From assembly GCF_044647545.1 (NCBI RefSeq), contig NZ_CP172818.1: a DNA stretch of 64,000 nucleotides, one strand, 5' to 3'. Below are positions 63,471 through 64,000 of the stretch, piece after piece. The translations under genes and the position numbers were made by a program. A model generated the notes under the pieces. The model saw nothing but the letters and a program-made list of their open reading frames with translations. It was not told the origin of the DNA and ran no database searches. The first letter of the stretch is position 1, and each line of letters opens with the position of its first letter. This DNA is from Escherichia coli (GTDB lineage: Bacteria > Pseudomonadota > Gammaproteobacteria > Enterobacterales > Enterobacteriaceae).

Positions 63471-63803
63471 GGTAGGGCTTACCTGTTCTTATACATAAAA
63501 GCAACAGAATGGTAACATTTTATCGCGGGTAAGCCAATTGATCCCCGTCATTTATCTGGCTATATCGTGAGCGGCCTTTGCTTTGTCTGTTTCTTACTTT
63601 TGACCTGAACGTTTTATTGGATTTTTATCGACGATACTCTCCGTTTAAGCGGCAGGTTTCCGTTGTACGTAAAAGAACCGGCCAAAGAATTGCAGTAAAT
63701 ATGTTTTATTGCGTTACCGTTCATTCACAACACTGGAGCAATCCAGTATGTTCATTCTCTGGTATAGTGCCAGCAGTACTTTTGGCAAGGATTCAGACAT
63801 CGT

Positions 63804-64000
63804 GATGGGCGTAAGAGCGCAACAAAAAGAAAAAACCCGCCGTTCGCTGGTGGAAGCCGCATTTAGCCAATTAAGTGCTGAACGCAGCTTCGCCAGCCTG
63901 AGTTTGCGTGAAGTGGCGCGTGAAGCGGGCATTGCTCCCACCTCTTTTTATCGGCATTTCCGCGACGTAGACGAACTGGGTCTGACCATGGTTGATGAGA
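63804..64000 (+). CDS. fabR: TetR-family fatty-acid biosynthesis regulator FabR, N-terminal part; gene runs off the window end
   Basis: Translation from ATG 63804 reads [65 protein letters not shown]; an in-frame upstream ATG at 63747 ([19 protein letters not shown]) is an alternative start. Confidence 0.88.

Noticed and set aside
63578-63805. 75-aa plus-strand ORF upstream of fabR
   Set aside because: Different frame from fabR, lies in the sthA/fabR divergent promoter region, and has no protein-like features.

Overview
This window is an Escherichia coli K-12-type chromosomal segment running rhaT-sodA-kdgT-yiiM-cpxAR/cpxP-fieF-pfkA-sbp-cdh-tpiA-yiiQRS-uspD-fpr-glpXKF-zapB-rraA-menA-hslUV-ftsN-cytR-priA-rpmE-yiiX-metJ/metBL-metF-katG-yijE-yijF-gldA-fsaB-ptsA-frwCB-pflDC-frwD-yijO-eptC-ppc-argE/argCBH-oxyS/oxyR-sthA-fabR. 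Genes were identified by recognising the translated ORFs from memory (no database search was run); where the ORF track began at an upstream in-frame start, I moved the start to the ATG/GTG that gives the protein I recall. It is a densely packed housekeeping region with REP elements, terminators and known operator sites. I found no IS elements, integrases, prophage genes, CRISPR arrays, tRNAs or novel protein-coding cassette. The two things that do not fit are both non-coding and both begin right after the stop codon of a plus-strand gene. The first (about 32158-32956, between metL and metF) is roughly 0.8 kb and contains a 43-nt poly(A) run, a promoter-like segment, and a ~550-nt tract almost devoid of T on the plus strand. 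The second (about 58581-60904, between argH and oxyS) is roughly 2.3 kb, A-rich and has no credible ORF. Neither resembles any native E. coli element I know; I cannot tell from sequence alone whether they are real foreign non-coding DNA, decayed remnants, or assembly/synthetic artefacts. They are the only candidates for anything undescribed here and should be verified before any biological interpretation.
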